Positions 18,753 through 28,525 of a DNA stretch of 64,000 bases are shown here, one piece after another. The notes beneath the pieces were generated by a model that did not search any database, had not been told where the DNA came from, and saw only the letters and a list, made by a program, of their open reading frames with translations. The DNA is from Candidatus Latescibacterota bacterium. Lineage in GTDB: Bacteria; Latescibacterota; UBA2968; GCA-2709665. The stretch lies in NCBI GenBank assembly GCA_965237675.1, contig OZ250150.1:4000001-4064000 (forward strand). Direction: 5' to 3'. The first letter of the stretch is position 1. Each line of letters starts with the position of its first letter. The position numbers and the translations under genes were made by a program.

Positions 18753-19703
18753 CTATGAATCGTGCTTGCTCTGTTCATAGTGTTTCTGCAACACGTCGAT
18801 GCCAAAATCGTTCTCCAGATCGCGCAGTACGGAGTGGATGTGGTTCCCGTCGTTCTGCGTATTGTCGTATTCCACCAGGTGGGTGGGGCCGTGGATCCGG
18901 TAGTAATGCTTCTCGCCCGGCCGTGTTCCGCCAGCCCACGCGAAGTGGAGCCGCTCCACCCCGGCCTCGCGAATGCGCTGCAGGTGTGCGTCGGCGACGT
19001 CCGTCCGGAGGTTTGTTGCATAGACCTCCAACAGACACAACAACGCCTCTTTCTGCGAGGGCGGCATCTCGGACGCTGGAAGGCCCATGGGGTCGCCGAT
19101 TCGGGCTTCCTTGCTGTTCCTGGTTAGAATGTCGCTCGGAGCCTCGTCCGCAATGCGAACCACATCCTTCAGATCCTCCGGCAGGGCCTTCAGGATACCC
19201 CGGGCCATGTCCTCTTCCTGGCTCAGCACGCGCCAGCCTTTCCGTTCTCCGGAGGGTACCCGCGCCGGATTCGAGCCCCAGAACGCCGGTGTGGACGCCA
19301 CCTCCATTCCCTTCGAGATGGAAAACGTCAGCGACAGATGGTGCCCGTCGATCCGCCAGCCCCACGCACCTCCCTTCTGCGAAAGGTCGCCGAAGAGCGT
19401 CAGGAAATATCCGTCGGGGTCCCGGTAGAGGTCCGACGGCGCCACCCCTTCAATTTGGGCCAGAATGCCCTCCAGAACCATAATGTCCACAGCCTTTTGA
19501 TATCCCGCGTCGCTGAGCGCGCATTTCAGCAGACGATGCGCCGCGTCGCGCTGCGCCCGCGACATTTCTCTGAAGGGCACGCCGTTTCGCTTTACCGGCA
19601 CGTAATTCCAGTTGAATCGCTCCTCGTGGTCGAACGGGTATAGAACCCGGCTCTGCTGGTCGGTGCTCAGTTCGTTCAGGAAGTCCTTGGCTGCTCCAAG
19701 CAT
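18753..19703 (-). CDS. DUF3500 domain protein
   Basis: WGWRIDGHHLS, TPAFWG, YYRIHGP, EYDNTQ, NHIHSV motifs; ATG at 19703 with GGAGG RBS. Confidence 0.85.
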   Translation of the reverse strand: MLGAAKDFLNELSTDQQSRVLYPFDHEERFNWNYVPVKRNGVPFREMSRAQRDAAHRLLKCALSDAGYQKAVDIMVLEGILAQIEGVAPSDLYRDPDGYFLTLFGDLSQKGGAWGWRIDGHHLSLTFSISKGMEVASTPAFWGSNPARVPSGERKGWRVLSQEEDMARGILKALPEDLKDVVRIADEAPSDILTRNSKEARIGDPMGLPASEMPPSQKEALLCLLEVYATNLRTDVADAHLQRIREAGVERLHFAWAGGTRPGEKHYYRIHGPTHLVEYDNTQNDGNHIHSVLRDLENDFGIDVLQKHYEQSKHDS

Positions 19704-19768
19704 GTCGTTCCTCCTCCTGTCGGGTGCGGGTTGCACCCGGGCATTAAGTACGTGCCACGACAATCGTC

Positions 19769-21835
19769 CTAATTGGACGTCTCGACGGTTGCCGCTTGGA
19801 ATACTTCTACCATTCCTGGCGTATTGGCCGGATCTCCGGCTCTCAGCGCAATCCGGATGGGGCCTGGACCCGATTCCGACGCAGCCAGGGAATCGACGGC
19901 CACACCCGTCGTCGGATCTACATCCACTTCGTACACGCCGTCCGGCTTCCAGAAGTCCCGCGACCCGCGGCCCGCTGTCGCTGCTTCCATAAACGCAGCC
20001 CAGATCGGCACGGCGTCGCGTCCGCCCGTTATCCGGGGCTGCCTGCCGTTTTTCCGGTCGAAGCCAACCCAGACGCTCGTCGCGAGATCGGGAGTAAAGC
20101 CTGTAAACCACGCGTCCGTATGGTCGTTTGTCGTCCCGGTCTTCCCCGCTGCGGGTCGAAGGAAACCCCGAGCCCCCACACCACGGCCCGTACCGTGCAG
20201 GACAACGTTCTGAAGCAATCGAATCATGACATAGGCATCGGAGGCGCTCACGACTGGAACGGGTTGCACCCGGTGCGCATACAGAACCCGCCCCCCTGAA
20301 TCTTCAATCCGCCGCACAAAAGTCGGCTCCACGCGAATCCCGTAATTGGCTATGGTGGCATAGACCGACGCCATTTCCAACGGTGAAACCTCGCTCGCAC
20401 CCAGCGCGATGCTCGGGTACGCGCCGAGGGGACTCCCAATACCCAGCCGTCGGCCCATTTCCACGACCCGTTCCGGACCGATCCGATTCAGGACCTGGAC
20501 ACTTGTGCCATTTGCGGACGTCACAAGGGCCCATGCCGCCGTGGTCAGACCCAGATACTGGTCTCTGAAATTTCTGGGCGTCCATGGCTTCCCGTTTACT
20601 GTGTAGGAACGGGGCGCGTCCACAAACAACGTTACGGGCGTAATCTTACCCGCCGTCATCGCCGCCAGATACACGACCGGCTTGAAACCCGAACCCGGCT
20701 GGCGCCGGGCGGCTGTTGCCCGGTTGTAGTAGCTTACGAAGATATCACGGCCGCCCACCAACGCGCGCACGTATCCCGTCGCCGGTTCCAGGCTCACCAG
20801 AGCGGCCTGGATGTATTCCTGCCTACCGTCCCTGCCAGCCTTCTCATACTCGCTGAATCCAAGCCTCGCATCCACGTCTGCAAGTCCTTCCGCCACAGAC
20901 CTTATTGCAGCCTTCTGCATGCTGAAGTCCAACGTCGTATGGATACTCAAGGCTCCAAAACTGAGGGCGGACCGTCCCCACCGGCGCACGACCTCTTCCT
21001 TGATGATTTCGACGAAATACGGTGTCCGATTCCGGTCGCGGAGCCGCCGGGCAAGAACCGGTGAAATAGCAAGGGCCTGGTTCAGCGCATCCCGTTCCAG
21101 GAAACCCGCCGCGTGCATGCGCCGCAGAACGTGAGCGGTACGCCGCGCGGCCTGCCGCCCGCCGTCACGGAACGGGTTCAACGCGCTGGGCGCGTTGGGC
21201 AGCCCGGCCAACATGGCCGCCTCCGTCAAACTCAGGTCCGCGGCGGCCTTGCCAAAAAATGTCTGTGACGCATCCTCCACGCCGTAGGCATTGGTTCCGA
21301 AGAAGCTTCCGTTGATATAAATTTCCAGCAATTTGTCCTTGGACGCTTTCCCGTACAACCTTTCGAATAATGCCTCCAGTTGCACGGCCAGCAGCACCTC
21401 CCTCGCCTTCCGAAGATAGGTCTTCTCGCGGGTCAAAAAAAGATTCTTGACGATCTGCTGGGTAATCGTGCTTCCGCCTCTGACTCTTCGGAAATGCGCC
21501 AGATTGTCCAGGAACGCACCTGCAATGCCCTTGAGGCTTACGCCCCTGTGGCGGTAGAACGACTCGTCTTCGGTAGCAAGAACCGCCTTGATAAACCAGG
21601 GACTCACCTGGTCCAGCCGAACCTGCTTGATTCGACGGTTGAACGTAAAGAGCAACTCCCCGGTATCCGCGAAGATATTCACGCCCGCCTGGCTGCGCAA
21701 GGCGTCGGGGTCGGGCGGAATTCGGGGCAGGGTCGTCACGAGCCAGACGAAGCCAAGGCCCGTGAGGAGGAACACGTCGGCACCCAGAAGTATTCCTGTC
21801 CGGATCCAGTAATTCCGAATCGAGGTTCGGCGCAT
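19769..21835 (-). CDS. Class A penicillin-binding protein (PBP1A family)
   Basis: TED, GGSTITQQ, RQPGSGFKP (SxxK), SAN, GKTGT motifs. Confidence 0.93.
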   Translation of the reverse strand: MRRTSIRNYWIRTGILLGADVFLLTGLGFVWLVTTLPRIPPDPDALRSQAGVNIFADTGELLFTFNRRIKQVRLDQVSPWFIKAVLATEDESFYRHRGVSLKGIAGAFLDNLAHFRRVRGGSTITQQIVKNLFLTREKTYLRKAREVLLAVQLEALFERLYGKASKDKLLEIYINGSFFGTNAYGVEDASQTFFGKAAADLSLTEAAMLAGLPNAPSALNPFRDGGRQAARRTAHVLRRMHAAGFLERDALNQALAISPVLARRLRDRNRTPYFVEIIKEEVVRRWGRSALSFGALSIHTTLDFSMQKAAIRSVAEGLADVDARLGFSEYEKAGRDGRQEYIQAALVSLEPATGYVRALVGGRDIFVSYYNRATAARRQPGSGFKPVVYLAAMTAGKITPVTLFVDAPRSYTVNGKPWTPRNFRDQYLGLTTAAWALVTSANGTSVQVLNRIGPERVVEMGRRLGIGSPLGAYPSIALGASEVSPLEMASVYATIANYGIRVEPTFVRRIEDSGGRVLYAHRVQPVPVVSASDAYVMIRLLQNVVLHGTGRGVGARGFLRPAAGKTGTTNDHTDAWFTGFTPDLATSVWVGFDRKNGRQPRITGGRDAVPIWAAFMEAATAGRGSRDFWKPDGVYEVDVDPTTGVAVDSLAASESGPGPIRIALRAGDPANTPGMVEVFQAATVETSN

Positions 21836-22677
21836 CAGGGATGCCCTCCCTTGTCACCGAACAGACCCTCTATTACCCCGGGTTCCACTTCGAATCTGAC
21901 CGAGGCACGTTCCGGATCGACATAAACCATCTCGCCGTGATAAATGCCGAGCCCGCTCTGAATCAGAATCTGGCTCACACGGCCGGATCGGTACGCTTTC
22001 AGTAAGCGGTGCCGCTCATCGGACCGGAAATGATCAATGAAATCCCTTGCCAGCCTCTCACGCACATCCGCCCGGATCGAATCCGCTATGGCCATGGAGT
22101 CTGCTTCGGCGCGCCATTCGCTCTCACCCGCGTGGCGATACAAGGCGTCGACCCGCCTCCGTATCGGGGCCCGGTAACGGACGTCCGGGAGACTTGCCAT
22201 CCTCAGAAGGGAAAGCCCATTTTTGAAAGCGCGAACACTTCCAATCAGTTCCCGCGGTTCCCGTCGCGCGTCCTCGGAGAGTTCCGTTCGCCAGATTGCC
22301 ACAAGAGTGGGCAGACCGGACTCCGGCACGCGATTCATGTCGAAGCGGGCGGCCGCCACGGCTTGCGGAAGGCCGCCGGCCACGGGCGTTTCCACCGTCC
22401 GCAACGAATCGCTCACCTCTGCCCGGGCGTCCAGTTGCTTCCATATGGCGCCCGTCCTGGCGCGCCTGTCGTTCATCTTATCCAGCGCCTCCCCCACCCA
22501 TCGGGCGATACGGTTGCTCCGATATTCGATGTAGAACAAAAGCGCGCCCAACGTAGCCAGAAACAGCACCCCGGCCACAGGAAGCACCGTGTTCCCGAAT
22601 CTCAACGGCGACCACCGTTCCTCGATCACCCTCCGGACGCGACAGGCACCCCGGTTGATACGATGCGGGAGACTCAT
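21835..22677 (-). CDS. Hypothetical membrane-anchored protein
   Basis: 280-aa ORF with one N-terminal hydrophobic helix; stop overlaps the PBP1A start. Confidence 0.65.
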   Translation of the reverse strand: MSLPHRINRGACRVRRVIEERWSPLRFGNTVLPVAGVLFLATLGALLFYIEYRSNRIARWVGEALDKMNDRRARTGAIWKQLDARAEVSDSLRTVETPVAGGLPQAVAAARFDMNRVPESGLPTLVAIWRTELSEDARREPRELIGSVRAFKNGLSLLRMASLPDVRYRAPIRRRVDALYRHAGESEWRAEADSMAIADSIRADVRERLARDFIDHFRSDERHRLLKAYRSGRVSQILIQSGLGIYHGEMVYVDPERASVRFEVEPGVIEGLFGDKGGHP

Positions 22678-22759
22678 GGCCTTTGCATGTCGTCAAAAAA
22701 ATCCCGGAACAACGCACCTGCTGCTGTTACGGGATCGGTGGGCGGAAAACTGGAGGAAA

Positions 22760-23782
22760 TCAGGCGGCATCGCCCTCCATCTCCGGAACATATTTGCCGT
22801 AGCGTGCGGCGCTGTTGCAGCTTGCCCTGCGATAAAAAACACTCTGAGCCGCCGCCACGTTGGCGGCCTGTCCTTTCCAGACGGCCCGGGCCGGATCCTG
22901 TAACGCCCTTCCGTAGCAATAGCTGAGTTCCCACGGGAAGCCGCCAATCTGATTCATAGCGTTCAGGTGCCGTGTAGAAAGCTCCGGGCTCTGTCCTCCG
23001 GAAAGAAACACCACACCCGGAACCGAGGCAGGAACCGTGCGCCGCAAACACCGCACCGTCGCTTCAGCCACCTCCTGAACGCCCGCCTGTACCGGGCAAC
23101 GGGCGCCGGACAGGACCATACTGGCTTTCAGCAAAGTGCCTTCCAGAATCACCCCATGCTCTCCCAATTCCGAAAACACGCTGCGCAACACCGATTCCGT
23201 CACCTCTTCGCACCGCTCGATGGTATGATCGCCATCCATCAACACTTCAGGTTCCACAATAGGCACCAGCCCCGCCTCCTGACACTGGGCGGCGTAACGG
23301 GCAAGGGCGTGCGCGTTGGCATGGATACACGCCCGCGTGGGAATCCCATCACCGATGGCAATGGCAGCCCGCCATTTGGCAAACCGGGCGCCTCTCTTGT
23401 GATACGTTTCCAACCGGGCCCGGAGCCCATCCAGACCCTCGGTTACCTGTTCACCCGGAAAGCCGGCCAACTGCACGAGCCCGGTATCCGCCTTGATACC
23501 GGGAATCATCCCCCGGTCGGCCAACAGCCTGGGAAACGGCAAACCGCCATTCGCGGCTGTGTTCAGCGTCTCCTCGTACAGAATAACGCCGCTGATAAAG
23601 GCCGCCAGATCCGGGGTCGTGAACAACATTTCGCGATACGCACTTCGCACTTCTGCCTTGGATTCCAGGCCGATGTCTGCAAAACGCTTCGTGATCGTTC
23701 CCCTACTCTCGTCCGCCGCCAGGATTCCTCTTCCCGCCGGTACAAGCGCGCAAGCCGTGGTCTCAAGTTCCGCTCTTGACAT
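22760..23782 (-). CDS. Class I fructose-bisphosphate aldolase
   Basis: GILAADES, FAKWRA, VPIVEPEV, FLSGGQS, YGRALQ motifs. Confidence 0.95.
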   Translation of the reverse strand: MSRAELETTACALVPAGRGILAADESRGTITKRFADIGLESKAEVRSAYREMLFTTPDLAAFISGVILYEETLNTAANGGLPFPRLLADRGMIPGIKADTGLVQLAGFPGEQVTEGLDGLRARLETYHKRGARFAKWRAAIAIGDGIPTRACIHANAHALARYAAQCQEAGLVPIVEPEVLMDGDHTIERCEEVTESVLRSVFSELGEHGVILEGTLLKASMVLSGARCPVQAGVQEVAEATVRCLRRTVPASVPGVVFLSGGQSPELSTRHLNAMNQIGGFPWELSYCYGRALQDPARAVWKGQAANVAAAQSVFYRRASCNSAARYGKYVPEMEGDAA

Positions 23783-23874
23783 CTATTGCAACCTCATTTT
23801 TGGTGTTTGACCAAATACCGGTTTCACGTTATAGAATATACGTTATAATCGGCCGTTGTCCAGCAGATTCCGGC

Positions 23875-25236
23875 CTATCTTCGAGGGTCCCCTTCAGAAT
23901 CCGCAGCACGGATCCAGACCCGCACTTCCGCTAGTGAAGGCTTTCGTGCATCGAATTTCAACTCGCTAATTCGCCCATAAAGCGCTTCTGCGTCCGCGCC
24001 CGCCAGGCCGGCAACACGATCAATGCCGGCCTTCTGAAGCAGCGTCGCCGCACCGCAGCCCATTCCTTTATGAATTGCGAGTTCGGCGTGGCTGAAGGCG
24101 CGTTCCAGCCGCATGGCATCGACACCGGCGGCCTCGGCGAGAGTTGGGACTTCCAGAGTTCTGGCGGACCGGTAGAGACGCTCCGGCGTGCAAATACCGG
24201 CGGCACGCAGCCGTTGTCGATCCTGCGCTTCCAACCCGGCCAGTTCGGTCATCAGAGGGCGCCTGGACTTCAGGGTCTTCTTCTGCACCATCCGAAAAGT
24301 CCAGACGCTGAATAAAATCGCCAGGGCGACCGCAATCCAGTAGCGATATCTGCGAGCGGGCCGGGACGCGCTCCCTCCTTCCCAGGTTCGCCCTTCCCTC
24401 AGGGTGTGACACAACAGCCCGTAGCAAGCAAACCCGTTGACGGCCAGAACGGGAAACCCGAGGAATCCGGGCAAGGGCATTTCAAATAGTTTCCACCCTT
24501 CCAATCCGGGTACGGTGTAAATCCACTTGCACCTCGCCCAGTAGTTGAATCCCTCCCAGATCACACCTGCCCACGCTCCCCCGCACATAAGGCGCAGCAG
24601 CCTCGCCGGGCGCCCACGCTCCAGATCGCGCAACAGCGAAGGTGCGCCCAGCCGGTAATTGACCGCCTCCGGAATGCCAAGAGTCGCTCCCCAGACCATC
24701 CAGAAGGCATACCGTGGCCAGATCAGCGGCAGAATGGCACAGGACGCACCTACAGACCACAGTATCGCCTCTATCTTCCCGGTCGAGCGGAGACCACGCC
24801 ATTCGATCCCGTTGAACCAGCCCCGTGCTTTCATCCATTCAGCATGAGCGAAACAGGCGGGCAGCACGGTTGCAAAAGCCGCGGCCGAGAATACGAACCC
24901 CCAGGTATCGGACCGCATCCCGAAGACGTAGTACCAGTTTTCAATGGCCAGATTGTAGGCCTCGTACACATACCAGAATGGTACCGACCAGAAAAGCAAA
25001 GCGACCGTCTCTCTGCGACGGTCGCGCAAAAACGAGTGGCCCTGAGTGTGAAGGAACACCCCATCCAGAACCAGCAGATATCCATACCAGGCGGGTACGT
25101 ACCAGATCGTATTCCAGATGGGGATATCGGCTGCCAACAACCACACGCCGGCCCCAAATACGCCGATGCCGAGATACCCCCACCATGGAAACGCCCGCCA
25201 GGATGCGGTATTCGATTCAGATCGGGTCAAAACCAC
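23875..25236 (-). CDS. Multi-pass membrane protein with C-terminal DUF4332-like helix-hairpin-helix domain
   Basis: Several TM segments, WEGFNYWA and FEMPLPGFLGFP motifs; C-terminal KGMGCGAATLLQKAGI. Confidence 0.7.
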   Translation of the reverse strand: MVLTRSESNTASWRAFPWWGYLGIGVFGAGVWLLAADIPIWNTIWYVPAWYGYLLVLDGVFLHTQGHSFLRDRRRETVALLFWSVPFWYVYEAYNLAIENWYYVFGMRSDTWGFVFSAAAFATVLPACFAHAEWMKARGWFNGIEWRGLRSTGKIEAILWSVGASCAILPLIWPRYAFWMVWGATLGIPEAVNYRLGAPSLLRDLERGRPARLLRLMCGGAWAGVIWEGFNYWARCKWIYTVPGLEGWKLFEMPLPGFLGFPVLAVNGFACYGLLCHTLREGRTWEGGSASRPARRYRYWIAVALAILFSVWTFRMVQKKTLKSRRPLMTELAGLEAQDRQRLRAAGICTPERLYRSARTLEVPTLAEAAGVDAMRLERAFSHAELAIHKGMGCGAATLLQKAGIDRVAGLAGADAEALYGRISELKFDARKPSLAEVRVWIRAADSEGDPRR

Positions 25237-25247
25237 GTAAGGAAGCC

Positions 25248-26204
25248 TCAGGGGCCCGTAAGGTCATCTGTGGCCACACTGGCGGGATCAGGTGTTTCAA
25301 GGGTCCAGACATCGTTGTAGACGACGCTACCCGCGATGGACCCGCTGTACCCCCCGAGTAGCCAGATCCTCTGTCGAAAGTCGAGGCAGGGGAACGCGTG
25401 GCGCACCCCCCACGGCGCGGCGCGATGACAACGCTGCCATGTCCGGCCGTCGCCGGAACACCAGACGTCGTTCATATTGATGGACGGTTCGATGGCCCCG
25501 CCGGCAATCCACATCCTGCCGGCGTAGACAAAGGATCCGTGGAACCGGCGGGGCCCCCATCCGGCATCGACCGCCTCCAGTTGCCAGGTTACTCCGTCCG
25601 ACGAACACCAGACATCGTTGTAGTTGATCCGACGATCGTCGTAGTTTCCCCCTCCGAGAATCCACATCTTATTTCTGTGTTCGACGGCGGGAAACATGGC
25701 GCGCGGCGCCCATGGGGAGCGCTTCGCAACCCGTTCCCACCGATGCCCGTCTTCCGAGCACCAGACGTCGCCGTAATGCGCCTTTTGCTCCCAGTTGAGC
25801 CCGCCGAGAACCCAGATCCGGTTATCGTAAACCAGGCTGCCGAAGGCGCCGCGACAACCCCACGGGGCGCGATGCGTCACGCGATCCCAATTTCGGCCGT
25901 CGCTCGAACACCAGATGTCGCCGAGCGTATTGACGCCGTCGAATCCGCCCATCAACCATATTCGACCACGCAAGACCACACAGCCCGCAAGATTTCGGGC
26001 GGGCCACGGCGCTGTCGGCAACAGGCATTCCCACGTCAGGCCGTCGGTAGAACGCCAAACGTCGTTGAGGCGCGGGAATCTTTCCGGGCCCAGCATCTGC
26101 CAACCACCGAGCAACCAGACCTGATCCCTGAAAACCGCGGCGCCCGGCGAATCTCTGGGCGGCCAGGGCGCGCATTCGGTGATTCGGTTCCAATTCGCGG
26201 CCAT
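25248..26204 (-). CDS. Kelch-like beta-propeller repeat protein
   Basis: Six repeats of APWxxR...WxxGG...(N/G)DVW.S.DG..W. Confidence 0.8.
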   Translation of the reverse strand: MAANWNRITECAPWPPRDSPGAAVFRDQVWLLGGWQMLGPERFPRLNDVWRSTDGLTWECLLPTAPWPARNLAGCVVLRGRIWLMGGFDGVNTLGDIWCSSDGRNWDRVTHRAPWGCRGAFGSLVYDNRIWVLGGLNWEQKAHYGDVWCSEDGHRWERVAKRSPWAPRAMFPAVEHRNKMWILGGGNYDDRRINYNDVWCSSDGVTWQLEAVDAGWGPRRFHGSFVYAGRMWIAGGAIEPSINMNDVWCSGDGRTWQRCHRAAPWGVRHAFPCLDFRQRIWLLGGYSGSIAGSVVYNDVWTLETPDPASVATDDLTGP

Positions 26205-26220
26205 CTTGTACATGTACGGC

Positions 26221-26242
26221 GGGCAAACCCTCAGGTCTGCCC
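26221..26242. repeat. REP-like palindrome
   Basis: gggcaaaccctcaggtctgccc, similar to the stems at 13014 and 46386. Confidence 0.5.
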
Positions 26243-26345
26243 GTCTTCCCTTTTTTGTTTTCCAACTTTGCGTTTTTCCGATATATTCTACAACTGTTGC
26301 CACTAAAGTCTTAAACCGGAAAACCCCAGGCGGAGTCGCGATCTT

Positions 26346-27164
26346 ATGTACCGTACGCTCGTTTACCTCGTCTTCAGCCAACTCGCCGTTGGCGGGTTGT
26401 TGTCAATGCTGGTCGTCCCACTCGAAGCCGGCAAACGCTTTTTCCGATTTTGTACACTCGCGTGCCTGGTGTTTCTCCTGGTGGCCCTGCGGGTAGGGCC
26501 ATTCCCTATTCTAACGCCATTGACGGATGGCGCGACGGACTCCACGCTGCCGCGACGGCTATTGTTGGCCAGCGCCCTGCTCGCTTTTGTCTACCTTCTT
26601 GCGGTCGTCGCCGAACGCATAAAACCCCAAAAACCGCTGCTTGCCGCCGCGGGTCTGACCGGTGCGGCCGGCCTTCTATCGGACGGGTATCTTGCCTGTG
26701 CGGCCTGTTCCCCTTTTGCAGCCGGCGTGTTTACCGCCGCCAGTTACCTGATCTCCGCCCTGTTCCTGGGCAGCATAATTTTCGCGATGATCCTGGGCCA
26801 CTGGTACCTCGTGGTACCCTCGCTCCACATCCGGCCCCTGCGTGCCCTCACGCAATTGATGCTTGGCGCCACGCTGGCTAAAGCAATGCTGACCGCGCTC
26901 ACGCTATACGTCTTCTGGGCGGACGGCGATATTCAGATAAGGGAAACGCTCCGATCATTTTTGGGACTGGGCGGTCTTTTTCTCTGGGTACGCGTGCTCT
27001 TTGGCCTGATCGGTCCGATCATCGTGGGTCTTATGGTCTGGCAAACCGTCAAGATTCACTCGACCCAGTCGGCGACTGGGCTGCTTTACGTGGCCACGAT
27101 TTTTGTTTTGATCGGGGAATGCGTTTCCGGCTATATTTTTTATACGACAACCATACCGGTCTAA
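26346..27164 (+). CDS. Hypothetical polytopic membrane protein
   Basis: About 8 TM helices; MILGHWYLV and STQSATGLLY motifs. Confidence 0.75.
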   Translation: MYRTLVYLVFSQLAVGGLLSMLVVPLEAGKRFFRFCTLACLVFLLVALRVGPFPILTPLTDGATDSTLPRRLLLASALLAFVYLLAVVAERIKPQKPLLAAAGLTGAAGLLSDGYLACAACSPFAAGVFTAASYLISALFLGSIIFAMILGHWYLVVPSLHIRPLRALTQLMLGATLAKAMLTALTLYVFWADGDIQIRETLRSFLGLGGLFLWVRVLFGLIGPIIVGLMVWQTVKIHSTQSATGLLYVATIFVLIGECVSGYIFYTTTIPV

Positions 27165-27324
27165 CAGCCCGTTGAAAAAGTCCATCCGGGCTGCGGCCGG
27201 CTCTTGCGACCGAATTACTGAGTTGCGCTTCCTCTCCGAATCCCCCGATTCGGCTCGGTCGCGCGCCTTGTCTTCGGTCACAATCGCTCGGCCTCGACTG
27301 CAGAGCAACTTTTTCAACGGACTG
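27165..27324. mobile_element. 160-bp MITE with IS5-like ends, copy 1
   Basis: Terminal inverted repeats CAGCCCGTTGAAAAAGT / ACTTTTTCAACGGACTG; CTAA duplicated at 27161-64 and 27325-28. Confidence 0.9.
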
Positions 27325-27332
27325 CTAAGCCC

Positions 27333-27779
27333 ATGGAAATCAGTTTTCGCTGCCCCGAATGTCAGTCCGTGAACCAGTTCCACGCTTCCCAGACCGAAAC
27401 ATCCTGTACGGCCTGCGGCCGAAATTTTCCAATGGCCTTCTCGGACAAAATCGTACTTAGTAACCAGGTCGACGTCTGCCCCTGCTGTGGAAAGTCCGAC
27501 TTTTACGTCCAGAGAGACTTCAATGGAAAAATCGGCCTGGCAATCGCCGTCCTGTTTGCCGTCGTCGGCCTGGTTTTCGTGGCGCTGGACCGCCCGATCT
27601 ACTTCTATGCCAGCCTGGGTGCCGCCGCAATTATTGATCTTGCACTGTACCTGAGTCTGCCGGAAATCACGATTTGTTACAGTTGCAAAACTGCCTTTCG
27701 GGGCGCCCGAAAGAACCCGCAGCATCAGCCATTCGACCTGCATACGGCAGACATGTACGACAATCGCGCCAAGGGGTGA
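27333..27779 (+). CDS. Zinc-ribbon membrane protein
   Basis: CxxC motifs CPEC, CTAC, CPCC and CYSC flank two TM helices. Confidence 0.75.
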   Translation: MEISFRCPECQSVNQFHASQTETSCTACGRNFPMAFSDKIVLSNQVDVCPCCGKSDFYVQRDFNGKIGLAIAVLFAVVGLVFVALDRPIYFYASLGAAAIIDLALYLSLPEITICYSCKTAFRGARKNPQHQPFDLHTADMYDNRAKG

Positions 27780-27830
27780 CCCGCTGTCCGGAGCTGGGTT
27801 CACCGGCGGGTAACCAGGATTGATCCGTCC

Positions 27831-28406
27831 TCAACCGTCCCTTCGCCGTTGCAGCAATTCGAGAAACTCCTCGCGAGTTGTGCGATCCTTGAAAGCTCCC
27901 CGGACGGCGGAGGTGGTCGCCCAGGCACCCGGTTTTTTCACGCCTCGCATTTCCATACAAAGGTGCCGGGCCTCAACCACGACAATGGACCCTTTGGGTG
28001 CCAGTTCGCGTTGCAGATATTCTACGATCTGGTGGGTCATCCGCTCCTGAATCTGCGGCCGTCGGGCGTAATACTCCACGATCCGCACCAATTTGCTCAA
28101 CCCCACGATTTGGGCCGTAGGGATATAGCCCACGTGAGCCCTGCCCCAGAAGGGCAATAAATGGTGTGCGCACATCGAGTAGAACGTGATATCGGTCATT
28201 GCCACCATATTGTCGAACCCGTCGTCATTGGGAAACATCGTGATGTCGGGTTCGTTGTCTTCGTCGAGCCCTTGAAAAATTTCCAGGTACATCCGGGCGA
28301 AGCGTCGCGGCGTGTCCCTCAGGTTGGGGTCCTTCATGTCCAGGTTGAGCACCTTCATGATTTCCGCGATATGATACCCGATCCGCTCGATTTTGTCTTC
28401 CGCCAT
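27831..28406 (-). CDS. folE: GTP cyclohydrolase I
   Basis: TPRR, SMCAHHLLPF, GLSKL, QIQER, HLCMEMRGV motifs. Confidence 0.96.
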   Translation of the reverse strand: MAEDKIERIGYHIAEIMKVLNLDMKDPNLRDTPRRFARMYLEIFQGLDEDNEPDITMFPNDDGFDNMVAMTDITFYSMCAHHLLPFWGRAHVGYIPTAQIVGLSKLVRIVEYYARRPQIQERMTHQIVEYLQRELAPKGSIVVVEARHLCMEMRGVKKPGAWATTSAVRGAFKDRTTREEFLELLQRRRDG

Positions 28407-28525
28407 GGCCGTTCCTCTATTCCCCATTTATACGGGCGTTTTCAGCCCATTGTTTCGGGTTTAACTCCCGGCAGCATATAAACAGACCGTCCGGTAAGCC
28501 GGTGTCCGGGCGACATTCGTATCCG

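Noticed and set aside
19704-20111. N-terminal extension of the DUF3500 ORF
   Set aside because: It overlaps the PBP1A 3' end; a strong GGAGG RBS supports ATG 19703.
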